Shown: positions 1-14,645, numbered from the stretch's first letter. The stretch: DNA of 64,000 nucleotides from Trichoplax adhaerens (GCF_000150275.1 NW_002060971.1:41212-105211), one strand, 5' to 3'. Notes: generated from the letters alone by a model not told the origin. A program made the numbers and translations.

Positions 1-574
1 GCGTAGCTTTGCATAAGCATATTAGCAGAAATAGAACTAAATTAGGACTTTATTACGGTAAAGGCATCCAATAAGAGAATGTATAATATCATGTTAAATA
101 ATTATAAACAAATTGGATTTATTAAATATTCCGTAAAAATTGAAGCCTTCAATGGCCATTCTAGAAGGCATGGCATTAGTTTTTATCGGCAGTAAGATTC
201 TAAATCGACTGCAGCCCTTCATATTTCAATATCATGGGAAGAATTTTTGAAAATGATGCACTAAACCGAAAAAATCTTTAAACTCTAAATATAAGACATC
301 GGAAGGATGGGAGGGATTTCTTAATGAGAATTTTCATCAATAAAACAACGGAATTAGATTCTATTGTGATCAACGCTCCCCGAAGCGAAGGTGAGAAATA
401 ACACAATTAAATCAAATATTATTGCCTACGCCCAGTAAGGGTTTGGACAAAGTAAACTTAATTGACCTTTCTCGTATATAGAAACAGTTATGATTCACTG
501 GTGGATAATAACCACTCGATATATTGATGAAAATTGATCGTGGAAATAACATTGATTTTACCGCAGTCGAATGG

Positions 575-1240
575 CTAATAATACAATTTGACCCGCAATT
601 CTGATACTGATTATATATATATTGCATATATTATAATACAAAAATTAAACCCTACTTTTTCCTAAAGATGCCACCTAATGTTCTCATTGCTCAAGTCTTC
701 TGCGAACAACTTCAAACTAGTTGTTCTTAATTAAATTAAGCATAAATTTTAAATAAAGATGCCATTTAATATTCTTTTTGCTCTAACTTTTGGCTAACAA
801 CTCTAAATTAGTTACTCTCCACTTAATCACACATAAATATAACTAGGCACAATTATAGTTATTACTGACATGATAATAACACAACTTGACACACTGTCTT
901 GGTACTGGTTATAACATAAAAATTAAACCCTACTTTTCCTTAAGATGCAATTTAATGGACTCGTTACTTAAATCATCGGCTAACAACTTCAAACTAGTTG
1001 CTCTTCATCCAATTAAACACAAATTCGAACGAAGTACAATTATTAGCATACTAATGAAACAACTTGATCCTCTGTTTTGGTACTGATTATAATATAAAAA
1101 TTAATTAAACTCTGCTTTTCCTTAAGATGAAAGTTAATGTTCACGTTGCTTAAATCATCGGCTAACAACTTCAAATTAGTTACTTTTAACCAAATTAAAT
1201 ATAAACTCGAAGTAATTTAACTAATCATAACTATTGATAT
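575..1240. repeat. Degenerate intronic tandem repeat (aagatgcca..taatgttctc..ggctaacaacttcaaactagttgctctt), also at ~12590-13220
   Basis: About 4 diverged copies here and about 4 in the paralogous block, with a different unit arrangement. Confidence 0.75.
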
Positions 1241-2010
1241 GAATAATATCCTACGGATAGCAGATAAGTCGGTCAGTTTGGGAATACTGAGATAGTTGTG
1301 CATCATAGCTGATCTAATGTAATAGCCTAACTACATTCCCTTCTATGTACTCCATTCCGTGGATGATGACAAATTGATAGACAGCAAACTTATTCAAGGT
1401 GTGAAACTACTGGCGTAAAACTAGAAAGTTTGTACCGCAAAACTTGATTCTGAATTATAGCGTATTATTGTTAGTCTTGAAATTTTCCATCCGTGTAAAA
1501 TTACAAATGGATGCTTTTCAATCTTTTGCAATAGCATGACGGTATTTTATGGATAAGATTTCATAATTGGTCAAATAACGAAAGATTGAATGTGATTTAT
1601 CCAATTTTATGACACAAACTCAGAGCAGATTTAACTGCAACACTATATTCAGTATTTGCGTTAGCACAGTAAAAGAGCGGCAACATGCCTCAGCAATCAT
1701 ATCCATGCAATCAAAGTTCCTAGCACGGTGTTATAGCTTCATGATTTGGATCCATATTGTTTCAGATGCTTTACTGTATTGCCATGAATCGATTTTAATC
1801 CATTTTTTGGGGCCAGCTGTTGCAATAATTTATACTTTCATCAATACTACATCATCTACATGTGTTCCATAACTAGTCTATGCAAAGAGGCCAGTTGTGA
1901 TCTAACTAATAATAACAATGTCCTCCAATCCTATTTCGTATAGTCATATTTTACGATTCCCAGAAGCTAGACAATTTAGTCAACAGCGATTTATAAAAAT
2001 AAGTACGTAC

Positions 2011-2200
2011 CTCCGCCATTATCGTAGCAAAGATATGGAAATCGCCACAAGTTTCCAAACCCAACAGCATATCCTATGCAAGATAGAAAAAATTCGACTT
2101 TTTTGTCCCAATTATCTCGTTTCACCGGAGTATTTCCATCGTCAGCATTGAGGTTTTGTTTTTCTTCTGCGCCTACGTTAATATGCTCTTGGGAAGACAT
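2011..2200 (-). CDS. SLC6 (neurotransmitter:sodium symporter) paralogue, coding exon 1; rest of gene presumably left of the window
   Basis: MSSQEH...[36 protein letters not shown], the SLC6 TM1 signature. 190 nt ending in a phase-1 GT donor (G|GTACGT). Confidence 0.9.
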
Positions 2201-2638
2201 TTTATTGGAAACTAGAGTTTGTGGTTGGAATTTAAAGAGTCTTCTATGTTGAACTAGAATTAATCAAGCTTCAGCTACCGTCTATGATGGAGTATCTTTA
2301 GCGAAAGATTGGATATCAAATTAATCTTGGATGCAATATTTTTGCTCAATCTCGCTTCAACGACGCAGCCTGAAGGACTGTTGCTATTATCTTATCCTAG
2401 ACCCATATAAGAGATATTAATGAGATGCACTTCCATCAATACGATGCAATTGTTGAGCCCTATATTGTCTATTTTGACCTTTATAAACGGACTTCTTAAG
2501 CCAATTATATAATTACCTTAAAAAAACAAGGCAGTTCTACTCAATCAGGGCTATTATTCAGAAAGCAGTATGGCGACCAGTGGTCCTTTCTCTAGAAACA
2601 TCAAAGAGGATATTCGTACGGCATGGAACCTGTTGTTT

Positions 2639-4069
2639 ATAAACCAAAACAAGAGACCAAACCCCACCAAACCCCACCAAATCCCCCCAAACCCATTTTA
2701 TGATTGCGGATTCTCTTATTCTAAAGTTTATAAGATACTGTATACCAGTTGGTGTATAGCTACCCTGCGGCTATCAGTAATGGAATCAATTAATGCCACA
2801 TTGTAGGATGCATCTAACGGATAGTTATTACCTATCCAATGAAGCAGTAGATGAAGCCAAGCTAACGGTGATAATCTTGATCTAATTAGGAAATAGTATA
2901 GTAATAGTAATAGTATGATATACAAATCACGTTGTGAACACATTTTACGCTTGACGGATCTCTCATGCTTAAGGATATACGATACTCTATTGAAAGTTCT
3001 TCTAAAGATAACGAGGAAGATGGCAATCATTTTTGAGACTGTACTCTAAAATGTAGCGGTATGTGAAAGATATTTACTGCCACTCTAAGTACTGTATAAG
3101 GCTAAACTACGACTATCTCTAAAGGCGATCAGCAAAACGGTAACTCTTTTCCAGACTGCACTTCATAATGCATCGGTTTGTAGAAGATATTACTAGTATT
3201 CTAACGAAGCGCTATATGAGTCTAACCTGCAACTATCTTGCTTATTTTAGTGCAATAAAACAACAGTAGAAATAGAAATAGGATTTCCGTTCAAGTTGTA
3301 GTCCATCTCCGTTAAGAAGAGCTAATATCAAAATAGAGTAAACATTGAGTGATATGTGTGTACTTTCCACAAAATTAACGCCGATGAAAATGTTGATGTA
3401 CAGTAAGAGCTACCTTTGGTGAAAAAGATTTCTATAGGACAAAAGCTGCAAAATATTACATTCAATTAGGCATCAATAAGCAAATAATATTAGGTGTGGT
3501 ATACAGGTTTTTATTACCTGCCAATCATGAAAACAGTCATTCATGACCGATGGATTAAAATTCTATTGAATAGCTGTTACGATATATTTTATTGAATACA
3601 TATCAGTACGAGTACAATATACATGAATAAGCTGCTGTACAACATAGCTGGCGTAAATGGTTCTATCCATTAAGGTCTTGAATATCTTAGCAGGTCTGCA
3701 GTACTATAAATAGAATCAAATATTCTGAAGATAAACACTACTAATTAATTGGCTAAAAGTTTTCTTGATTATCTTAGCAAGTTTTTCAGCTTTTTATTAT
3801 ACTTATCGCATCTACAGTATTATGAATTAAACCAAATAATCTGAAAATAAACACTACTAACCAGCCGAAAATAGCTTAAATATCTTAGCAGGTTCTTCAG
3901 TTTCTTATTGATTGCATCGACAGTATTACCAATTGCATGAAATAATCTGAAGAGAAACATCACTAATTAGGCAAAAATGACGCTGTATCAGTATCAAGAA
4001 GTAATTTCTAATATAAAGCAAGTCGAGGGTTTGTCTTTTATCCTATTATAAACTGTGGTACTATTAGGT
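2639..4069. repeat. Segmental duplication block B, paralogous to 7785-9387
   Basis: Colinear similarity, e.g. aaccccaccaaaccc, gctaaactacgactatctctaaaggcgatcag, aagaagtaatttcta. The second copy has an extra internal ~190-bp duplication at ~8775-9150. Confidence 0.9.
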
Positions 4070-5294
4070 TTAATGTTTTACGTGTTTTTAATATATAACT
4101 GCATAGTTGTATAATATTATCTATAAACTCATAATTAATGTTTATTTCAATTTAGAATAAATTGACTGATTTTTCGATAAAGTTTAGGCCAAGGTTTGTC
4201 TAAGAGAGACTGATGGTGTCACTGTTTCTCCTGACCATAGGAGATCGTCAACATTAGGAGTCGCACTGTAGGTAGATATTGGGGAGGAAAAACCTAATAA
4301 TAGTCTCGTAGTATTAGTTTCCTGTAATATTTTTATTTTTCGTCGTTGCAAATTTAGATTTGCAACAGCTAGCCTTTGGATAAAATACGTTACTGACTTT
4401 TATAGATTTAACCGCCAATTTTAGTGACGACTTATACTTTCGTTACTGAATAATTCTAGTACTGTTTAAATAATTAGTTTTGATTGACTTTAAGAAAACC
4501 TTGTTAAAAAATATTTCTGCCGAGTTGTCACTATTCGATCCGATAGTTCATCTAAATTCGTCAGTTTTATCTTCTCCTAAAGTATTGCCGTAAATTAAGT
4601 GTGGGAGATTAGGAAAAATTTCTTTTGCTGTTACCCTAGGCTGTTGCTCGTTTATGATAATAAAGCGTATAATACTACTCCAGCTGTTGGTAGCTTCTTT
4701 GAGACTTAGAATACATTTAGTAGAAATTTTCTACTGCCTAAGCGTATATATCGAGTATCTTATTTCTGATAAAATGTTTAGAACATTGGACTCCCATAGC
4801 AATTTAGTTACGTTTAGACCAATCGGTAAAATGATTGGAGTAGTATAAAGTAGAATTAAAGATGTGCTATCCTTGAATTTTATGTTATATACGTAGCTGT
4901 AACGTCTGACCATGATATTAAGATACTGTGCTTATTTAATATATTGATCACTCACTAAATAATCAACGAAAAATTTAGGTTTCAGAGGTGATTTGTAACA
5001 TAAAAGTATTTTTCTTTCAAATATAAGCATGCAGCGTCGAGGTGCTACTTTAAAAGAATACCACAATTATAACTAAAATTATTGCCCTTACTCAAGCGGC
5101 TTGCAATTATTTCGTTAATAGACAAATTCATAATACTAGTTTATTTTAATTTCAAGTCTCTTGTCTTTAACAATAGGAATGTAGAGTTAGTAAAAATTTC
5201 AAGTTTGCAAAATTATTATGATTCACTAGGATCATACCGTCAAGAAATCACGAGCTAGTTGGCTAATTTCTGATCACGTACAATGCAAGCTTAC

Positions 5295-5490
5295 CTCCTC
5301 CATTATCGTAACAAAGATTTGGAAATTTCCACAAATTACCAAATCCAACTGCATATCCAATACAAGATAGTGTTAACTCAATCTTTTTATCCTAACTACC
5401 GCGCTTGCTGTCATCGCTATTTTCACTAGTATCAGAGATGTTCTCGTTTTCGAGGTCGATATTCTCTTTCTGCTCTGACGGGACAGTCAT
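5295..5490 (-). pseudogene. Pseudogenised SLC6 exon 1 (absent from the ORF track)
   Basis: [64 protein letters not shown] then G|GTAAG. TAG at 5392-5394 replaces the conserved Trp, and WRFPY has become WKFPN. Confidence 0.88.
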
Positions 5491-7734
5491 ATTGAATCGC
5501 TATTTCTGTCTTAGTTTACAGAATGTATTGACTGACTGTTTTTAGTGTTGCGAAGAAGAAATAAACTTTGCTAGGTAATAAATCAACTTAAACTGACTGG
5601 TAGTAGCTATTTAAAGTTCAATATTTCCGTATCAAACCCTAAAAGACACAATGACCTCATCTTAAAATTGAATTTACCTCGATGATCTCACCAAAAAATG
5701 ATCACATGATGGCAGCAGACTGTTTCCAACTGCAATTAATAACTAGGAGCAACAATAAATGATTATTCCATTGGATATCATGATCCATTAATATCCAAGC
5801 GCTTAAAGCAAATTACTCTTCAATTCAACCGAGCTATTGTCAATAGTTTCGAAGTTGTCTATACTTAAACATCAATTAGCGGTCCGCAATAGTGCAAAGA
5901 CATTAGCAATAAACTTTGAATTCTTAAACTATTCTTTAGCTCACGGTCTTTCTAACACAATATTATTATTGATCAAGTTATATAAAATTTCAATCTTGAC
6001 TATTTTCAACCATAAAAGATCTACATAAGTGAAAGGGTTATATAACAACGGTTACGCTAAACTGACTAATTAATGCTATATTTAAGTGGATAATAATATT
6101 CAGCGTTTATAACTCTAAAAGTAACAGTTTCAACTTCTGCTTTGTTATACTAACGTCAACGGCCCATAACGAGTCGAAAAATAGGAGCTAATCGTTTATT
6201 TGGAAGCAATAGCACAATAATGTCGATATTAGGAATAGACGATCCTCAAGAATTAGCATTATCATCGATCTAATAGCTGTCTAGATCACTGTATGCGTTA
6301 AAGAATTATCAAAGATTGCGCTAAATTGACTAAATTTATGCTCTCTGTTTAATTGAGTAATACTATCCAGCCTTTATTAATCTACAAGCAATAATGTAAT
6401 CATCTGTCTTATGCTAATGATACGGATGCTAATGATACGGATGCTAATGAAGCCAATAAAATATGAGCTAATCATTTATCAGGAAGCAGTAATACAATAT
6501 TATCGATATTAGGAATGAACAGTCATCGAAGTTTAGGATTAAATTCTATCTGATGGTTATCAAGTTCACTGTATGATCGAAATAATAAAGGATGTTATTT
6601 TAGTCAACCATTCGAAAGTAAGTTAAAAAATATTTCCGTTTATTATTCACATTTACCAAACCTCAGCCTATCTACATTAGACAGATATCTTAGGTTCTGC
6701 AATAAGTAGACATTTAAGCATAGCAAACTAGAGTATTCCACTTTCTGGAGCTACTGCATTCCATGTTACCATTGTAACTGGCTGAAATTACTATAGTTGG
6801 CAATCATAACTCATAAAATTGTTAATCGAATAGTATCTTATAAGTTTGCGTCATGAATAGGCATAGTAAAAAGTTAAGCTTTTCCCGCTATTCTGATATA
6901 TAACAGAAAATATACACAACCAGCTCACATTAGCTGTAAATCCTTTAAGATACTTAATCACATTGGCCAGTAAAAATCTTAAATTTATCATCCATTGATG
7001 AATACAATTTCCCATTTCGACAAAAGTGACTACATTCTTTCTATAAATTTTCAATTTCACCATTAATAGCTATTAGTACGATATATTATAATAATCAGGT
7101 TAACCAATCCTTGACTATCTATGGAGGATTTTTAAGCAAATTTGAATTTTTTTTAAAGTCATAATTATAAAGTTAGCAGTAATTTTATTTTGTGATAGTA
7201 ATGTTGCTGTAAAGAAAATTGATGTTGTTCCTGTGATCTGATTTGCATAAATAGTTTAGTATACACATCGGCAAATTAATTTTACCATCTTCGAGCACAT
7301 TCTGAATTACATCAGCATCACAACTTCTTTTCAAGTCTTTACAAACTTGAAGATCTAATACTCAAAGGAGGATGCATATTTATGAACGTTATTAATATTG
7401 CTTTTATTAAGGTATTATATTAAGCTTAAATAGTTATGCTCATAGGCTCTATTTCGATTTAGCAAACACATATTAAATCGATGCTTAAATGCACCAAGTT
7501 ATAAATGCCCTTAGATAGTCACTATTTCTTAAATCCCGAAAAATATACTTTAAATAATATTAGTTGAAATGTGATGTTACTAACTTCATATCTTGGATAA
7601 TAAGTCATGAGATATGAGATGCAGTATCTGTAAATTGTTACTAATGAGCTAAATTACTTACTTGTATACCACAGAAAATCATTATCGACATTAGGTAAAC
7701 TGCTATAATATACAGAGAACAAGAAATGCCGTAT

Positions 7735-7784
7735 NNNNNNNNNNNNNNNNNNNNNNNNNNNNNNNNNNNNNNNNNNNNNNNNNN
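7735..7784. other. Assembly gap (50 N)
   Basis: Run of N. Confidence 1.
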
Positions 7785-9219
7785 ATAAACGAAGACAAGA
7801 GACTAAACCCCACCAAACCCATTTTATGACTACCGATTCTCTTATCCTAAAGTTTATAAGATACTGTGTATCTACCCTGGAGGCTATCATTAATGGAATC
7901 AACATTTAAGACCGCATTGTTGGATGCATGTAAGCGATAGTTATTACCTATCCGACGCAGCTCTACATGAAGCCAAGCTAACGGTGATTATCTTGATCTA
8001 ATTAAGGAATAGTATAGTAATAGTAATAATAGGACATACAACTCACGTTATGAACACATTCTGTGTTTGCCAGATCTCTCATGCTAAAGGACTTATGATA
8101 CTGTATTGAAAGCTCTTCTAAAGACGATCAGGAAGATGGTAACTGTTTTCTAGAATATACTCTATAATGTAGCGGTATGTAAAAGATATTTACTGGCACT
8201 CTAAGTAGGCACTGCATGAAGCTAAACTACGACTATCTCTAAAGGCGATCAGAAAATGGCAACTATTTTTCAGACTGCACTCCATAATATAGCAGTATGA
8301 AGAAGATACTACTACCACTCTAGCGAAGCGCTGTAGGAGTCGAACCTGCGATTATTTTGCTTATTTTAGTGAATAGTGCAAGAGTAGGAATAGGATTACC
8401 GTTCAAGTCGTAGTCTATTTTTGTTAATTAAAGCTAATATCAAAATAGGGTAAACACTGACTGGTATGTGTGTACTATTCACTGGATTAGCAATGATAAA
8501 ATGTTGATGTTAGGGTTGCCTATGATGAAAATAATTTCTATAGGACAATAGTTGCTGAATATTCTATTCAATTAGGCATCAATAATTAATCAAATAATCT
8601 TCGGTGAGGTATACAGTTGGAGACTTTTACGTCTGTCAATCATGAAAATGGCCACCCATCACCTATGGATTAAAATTTTTGTAGAATAGCTGTTATGACA
8701 TGTTTTATTGAAAATACACCGATGCGAGTATAATATAAAAGAATAAGTTGATATTCAACATAGCCGGCATAAAACGATTTCTAATCATTAAGATCTTGAA
8801 TATTATATCAGATCTACAGTATTATGTTCGTAAATAGAACGAAATAATCTGTGGATAAACACCGCTAATTAATTGGCTAAAAGTATTCTTGAATATCTGA
8901 ATATCTTAGCAAGTTCTTCAGCTTTTTATTATACTTATCGCATCTACAGTGTTATGAATTAATGATTTCTAAATATGAAGACCTTGAATATCATATCAGG
9001 TCTACAGTATTATGCTCGTAAATAAAACGAAATAATTTAAGGATAAACTCTACTAATTAATTGGCTAAAAGTTTTCCTGAATACCTTAGTAAGTTCTTTA
9101 GCTTTTTATTATACTTATCGTATCTACAGTACTATGAATTGAACGAAATAATCTGAAAGTAAAAACTATTAACCGTCCAAAATTAGCTTAAATGTCTTCG
9201 CTGGTTCTTCAGCTTCTTA

Positions 9220-10342
9220 TTGATTGATGATCGATAGCATTATGAATTAAATGAAATAACCTTAAGATAAACAACAATAAGTAGGCAAAAATGATGCTGC
9301 ATCAGTATTAAGAAGTAATTTCTAGCATAAAATATGTAAAGGGCTTGTCCTTTATCCTATTATACAGAAACTGTGGCGCTATTAGGTCCTGGAGTGAACG
9401 CCCATAAATAAAGCAGTGATAAAATTAACAATTTTCAGGCAATCACAGGAAAGGCATCACTTCCGTCAACCAATTTCAAGTCCGAAATAGAGATGACCTC
9501 TATTAGCTTTATATTTTCTTATAGTATCAGCTGTGGCAAGAAGAGGGCACCAAACCCAATTTAAACTAACCTACGCGTGAAATAATTTATTAAAGATGGA
9601 AAATACGTTATCATTGTTATTATTTCAATTCGATATCATAAAAATTGCAAGAAATTATGACCTTTCTAATTTTTATAAACTACAAGTTTACCGAACCCAG
9701 TCTAGACAAGCTTAGGTATGGAATTATTTATCAGGGATAAGTAAAATAGGATCTTTAATTTTCTTATGAACTATAACTTTACTGAATCCAGTCTAGACAA
9801 GCTTAGGCATGGAATTATTTATCAGGGTTAAGTAAAATAGGATCTTTAATTTTCTTATGAACTATAACTTTACTGGATCCAGTCTAGACAAGCTTAGGTG
9901 TGAAAGAATTGATCAGGGACGCATAGGAATCATAGAAACTGCAAGAAAAATTGGGCCTCTAATTTTTCCATGAATCACAAATTTACTCTCGAACAAGCCT
10001 AGCTGTAAACTAATTTATCAGGATGGATAGGAACCATAGATATCGTAAGAAAAGTAATACCTTTAAATTTTTGTTATTCACTACGAGTTTATTTATGTGA
10101 TCGGGCTAATTTCTCATTCTATTTTTTCAGGGTATTACCTGTTGCAAAGAGAGCGCCAAACCTAATCTAGACTAGCCTAGGTACGAAATAATTTATCGAA
10201 GATGGAAAACATTGATGCAAGAAATTTGACCTTTCATTCTTTTGTGAACTACAACTTATCAAACCTGGTCTAGACAAGCCTAGGCATGTAATAGTTGATC
10301 AGTAAGGGATTGGAATCATAAATATCGCGAAAAAATAGAACC
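9220..10342. repeat. Near-identical copy of 14646-15679, including a 91-bp tandem repeat
   Basis: Almost base-for-base identity. The tctagacaagcttagg unit recurs at 9701, 9792 and 9883 (3 copies) versus 15128 and 15219 (2 copies). Confidence 0.93.
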
Positions 10343-10392
10343 NNNNNNNNNNNNNNNNNNNNNNNNNNNNNNNNNNNNNNNNNNNNNNNNNN
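10343..10392. other. Assembly gap (50 N)
   Basis: Run of N. Confidence 1.
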
Positions 10393-10422
10393 ATAGGTAT
10401 CTTGATAGTGAAGTAAAATTAC

Positions 10423-13400
10423 CTCCTAGTAAAGGACAAGCTTTATAAAATGCCTTTGCAGGACCACTGCGAAAGTATTGGCCAACTGCAAGTTCCAAAG
10501 TCATCAGAGGTATACCGCATGTTAGCAGAAATATAACGTATGGAATCAAGAAAGCACCTATATGGAAATATTAAAATATTTTCAGTTAGACCTAGAACGC
10601 TTTAACTGTCTTGATCTATTACTGTTATATTACTGTCTACGATGGTAAATACTGCATATTAATATTCACAAATTTCTACTAGAACATTAAAAATTTTTGA
10701 AAATTGAGCTATATTAATTTGCTTCGCTCTTCTATTTAAATTAATTTAACAATAATAATAAATTATATCGTAAGATATCATTCAAATTTAGTAGAAATCG
10801 TACAGAGAAGACATAGATTGATGGTTATAAATGGTTTTAGACGAGAATATGTGCACTGCAAATAGTTTGGTATAACATATCGATACATGAATTGAGAGGA
10901 TTAATTTCGCGATCCTTATTAAATTTATGTCGTAAGATCACCGTTAACATATGCTTAGAACCCTAGGTGATTTTATAATCACTCAATATTACAATCATTT
11001 GCTATCTGCTGAGGCTAACAGTAATAGTAAAATAACGGTTGTGCAACCGATAACACTATTTCTGGTATTTTCTTGATTTTATAGCTCCAAAATTGATCAT
11101 CTTCTAATCGCTTGATTGTCATCTATGACAAACATTTCTATTCTGAAGAAAATAGCTCATCTAAATTTTGACAAAAATGCAAGTTAATTTAATCGTTGGT
11201 TAAAGAAATACTAATATCCGTGATTTCGATAGTATTGAACATTTTTCGATCTGTACAAACAATTATAAGTTAGGGAGAAGTATTTTATTACTGCTGCGGA
11301 GATTACTGAAAATATTTCTCGCCAAAAGAAGTAAACAAGAGGTGTGAAAGATCTTGGAGTGTCAATTTCAGATACTTAATCCTATAAATGATATTATAGC
11401 GATTCATTGGATATCGTGATAAATCTATTTTTCAAGTAAGTTTACTGTAGTACACATAATATGCGATGTCTTGATGCTGAAGTAGTTTAGTTCCAATTGC
11501 AGTAGATCAGTATTATAGTGATATTGTAAGAAGTGGAAGATATCGGCCTATCATTTTAGACTCATAATCCTATCAGCGATATGAAACAAGGCGAAAGCAT
11601 CAGCTACAGTAATGTACGCTAGGAAGCAGAGATAGGCCTTAACAGATGAATAAGCGATAACTAAAATAAGGAGCAGACTATAACCTCATAAACTAAGCAG
11701 AGCGATTCGATAAGAAAGTCAATATCAATATGCCTTGTTGGATGCTAAAGTAGTGTAGTTCCAAAATGCAGTAGATCAGTATGATATCTGATACTAAGAT
11801 TGTATAAGTAGTCTGTCGCTACTACAAAGGTACCGTAGCTATAAATATCTCTTGTTAGAAGGAGTTAACAAGAAATGGAAGATGCCGGTCCATCATTTTA
11901 AGATACGTAATCCTATCAACGACATCGAAAAAGGCGAAAGCATCAACTACAATCCTACTATAATACAAATCCCCCCAACAACGAATGGACATTAATGTAG
12001 CTGGATCAACTCCATTCGAACATAGCGTAAGCTCTGTAGTGAGTACATAAACTGAAATGGAATTAAACTAGGACTTTATTACTATAAAGGCCTCCCGATA
12101 AGAGAATATATAATTATGCTAGATAATTATAAACCAACCAGATGTAATAAATATTCCTAGAAAATAAGCCTTTATTAGCCGTCCTATATAGCATGACGGC
12201 AGTTTTTATCCGTAGTAGGATTCTAAATCGATCACTTTCCCTGAGATTTCAATATCATAGGAAAAATATTTGAAAGTTATGCTGTAGACTGCCCCAAAAA
12301 TCTTTAATTCTAAATACAAAGACGTCGAGAGGATGGGAGGGATTTCCTAATGAGAATTTGACTAACATGACAACTAAATTAAATTTTATTGTGGTAAATA
12401 CTCCCTGAAGCGAAGGTGAGCAATAACGCAATTAAATCTAATATTATTGCCGACGCCTAGTAAGGGTTGGGCAAAGTGAAAATTAATCGAGCTTTCTTGT
12501 ATACAGAAACAGTTATGATTCGCTGGCTGATATGTTTGATGAAAATCGATCGTGGAAATGACATCGATTTTACCATAGACAGGCGGCTGGGCTAATGATA
12601 CAACTTGACCCGCAGTCTTGGTACTGATTATAATATAAAAATTGAATCCTACTTTTCAAGAAGATGCCAGTTAATGTTCTCACTGCTTAAGTCTTCGATT
12701 AACAACTTCAACTTAGTTACTCTTAACTTCATTAAACATTGATTCTAACTAGGCACAATCATTGATATGTTAATGGCATAATTTGACTTGTGGTTCTGGA
12801 ACTGATTACGTATAACTATAAATTAAACCTGCTTTTCCGATGCCAGCTAATGTTCTCGCTGCTCAAGTATTCGGCTAACAGCTTTAAACTAGTTGCTCTT
12901 AACTAAGTTAAACATAAATTCTAACTAAAAGATGCCAGTCAATGTCCTTGTTGCTCAAGTCTTCGGCTAACAACTTCAAACTAATAATTCTTAACTTAAA
13001 TTAAGCATAAATTCGAACTAGGTACAATTATTGAAATACTAATGATACAACTTGACACGCTGTCTTCGTTGATGATTTTAATATAAAAATTAAACCCTAC
13101 TTTTCTTAAGATGCCAGCTAATGTTCTCGTTGCTCAAATCATCGGCAGATAACTTCAAAGTAGTTGCTCTTAAGCAAAGTTAAATATAAATTCTAACTAT
13201 GTATAATTGTCGATATGAATAGTATCCTAAGGATAGCTGTTAAGCGGGTCGGTTAGGGGAATACTGAGATAGCTGTAAGGAAATAGTAATACGTTGCGTT
13301 AATAGGTGCTAGAATAGGAATACGCGAAGGTATATAATCATAGCTGATCCAATGTAATAGCCCAACTATATCTCTTCTATACACTGCATTCCACGGATAA

Positions 13401-14240
13401 TAGGCAAATTGATAGACAACATAATCAGACTTATTCAAGATGTGAAACTATTGAGGTAAAACTAGACAGTTAGCACCGCAAAACTTGATTGCGAGTGAAA
13501 GTATATCATTATCAGCCATGAAATTTCAATCCGTATAAAATTACCAATGGATGTTTTTTCAATCTTTTGCAATACCATTACTTTGTGGATAAGACTTCAT
13601 GATTGGTAGAATAACGAAAAGATTGAAAGTGATCTATCCAATTTTATGACAGACATAGAGCAGAACTGCTATGTGTGTTCAGTATCTGCGTTAGCATCGT
13701 AAAAAGAGCGGCAATAAGGCTTAGCAATCATATCTATATAATTAAAGTTTCTAGTGTGGTGGTATAGCTTCACGATTTAGATCCAAATTGTTTCAAATAC
13801 TTTACTGTATTGCCATAAATCGATTTTAATCCATTTTTGAGCCCGCTGTTGCAATAATTCATACTTTATCGATATATAATTAATACATTATCTACAGGTA
13901 CTCTATAACTAGTCTATGCAAAGAGACCAGTGGTAATTTATGGTAGTTAATAATAAAAATACCCTCCTATCTTATATCCCACAGTAATATTTTACGATTC
14001 CTAGGAGCTAGGTAATTAAGTCAACAGTGATTTCAAAACTGAGCATTTACCTCCGCCATTATCATAGCAAAGATATGGAAATCGCCATAAGTTTCCAAAT
14101 CCAACAGCATATCCTATGCAAGATAGAAAAAATTCGACTTTTTTGTCCCATTTATCGCGTTTTACGGGTGTATTTTCATCGCTAGCATTTAGAATTTGTT
14201 TTCCTTCTAGGTCCATTTTATTATCCTTTTGGGAAGACAT
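10423..14240 (-). CDS. SLC6 paralogue, partial: exon 1 (14051-14240) and exon 2 (10423-10557), truncated at a gap
   Basis: Exon 1 reads ...[36 protein letters not shown]. The 135-nt exon 2 reads [49 protein letters not shown] sites, phases and exon 2 length match the complete gene. Confidence 0.88.
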
Positions 14241-14595
14241 GTTATTGAAAATAGAGTTTGTGATTCGAATTCAAAGAGTCTTCTATGTTGAACTAGAATT
14301 AATCAAACCTCAGCTACCGCCTATGATGGAGTATCTTCAGTCAAAGTCTGGACATAAAATTAGTCCTGGATGAAAAATTTTTGTTTGGCCTAGCTTTGAC
14401 AACGTAGTCTGAAGGGCTGTTGCTATTATCCTTTCCTACTCCTATGTATTGTCAATTTTGACCTTCTTAGCCGGACTTATTAAGCCAATTATCTTAAAAA
14501 AAGGAAGTTCTAGTAAATTAAGGCTATTATTCAATAGCAGTATGGCGACCGGTGATCATTTCTCTAGAGACATCAAATAGGATATTAGTATTGCA

Positions 14596-14645
14596 NNNNN
14601 NNNNNNNNNNNNNNNNNNNNNNNNNNNNNNNNNNNNNNNNNNNNN
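14596..14645. other. Assembly gap (50 N)
   Basis: Run of N. Confidence 1.

Larger units (their letters stand above)
1..2623. repeat. Segmental duplication block A (SLC6 intron 1 + exon 1 + upstream), paralogous to 12025-14595
   Basis: Colinear, diverged similarity throughout, e.g. ggatgggagggatttc, gaagcgaaggtgag, the exon itself, and gatattcgtacggca vs gatattagtattgca at the right end. Confidence 0.9.

Noticed and set aside
412-1872. Short ORFs in block A
   Set aside because: They lie in SLC6 intron 1, show no recognisable motifs, and no matching ORFs are listed for the paralogous block at 12025-14000.
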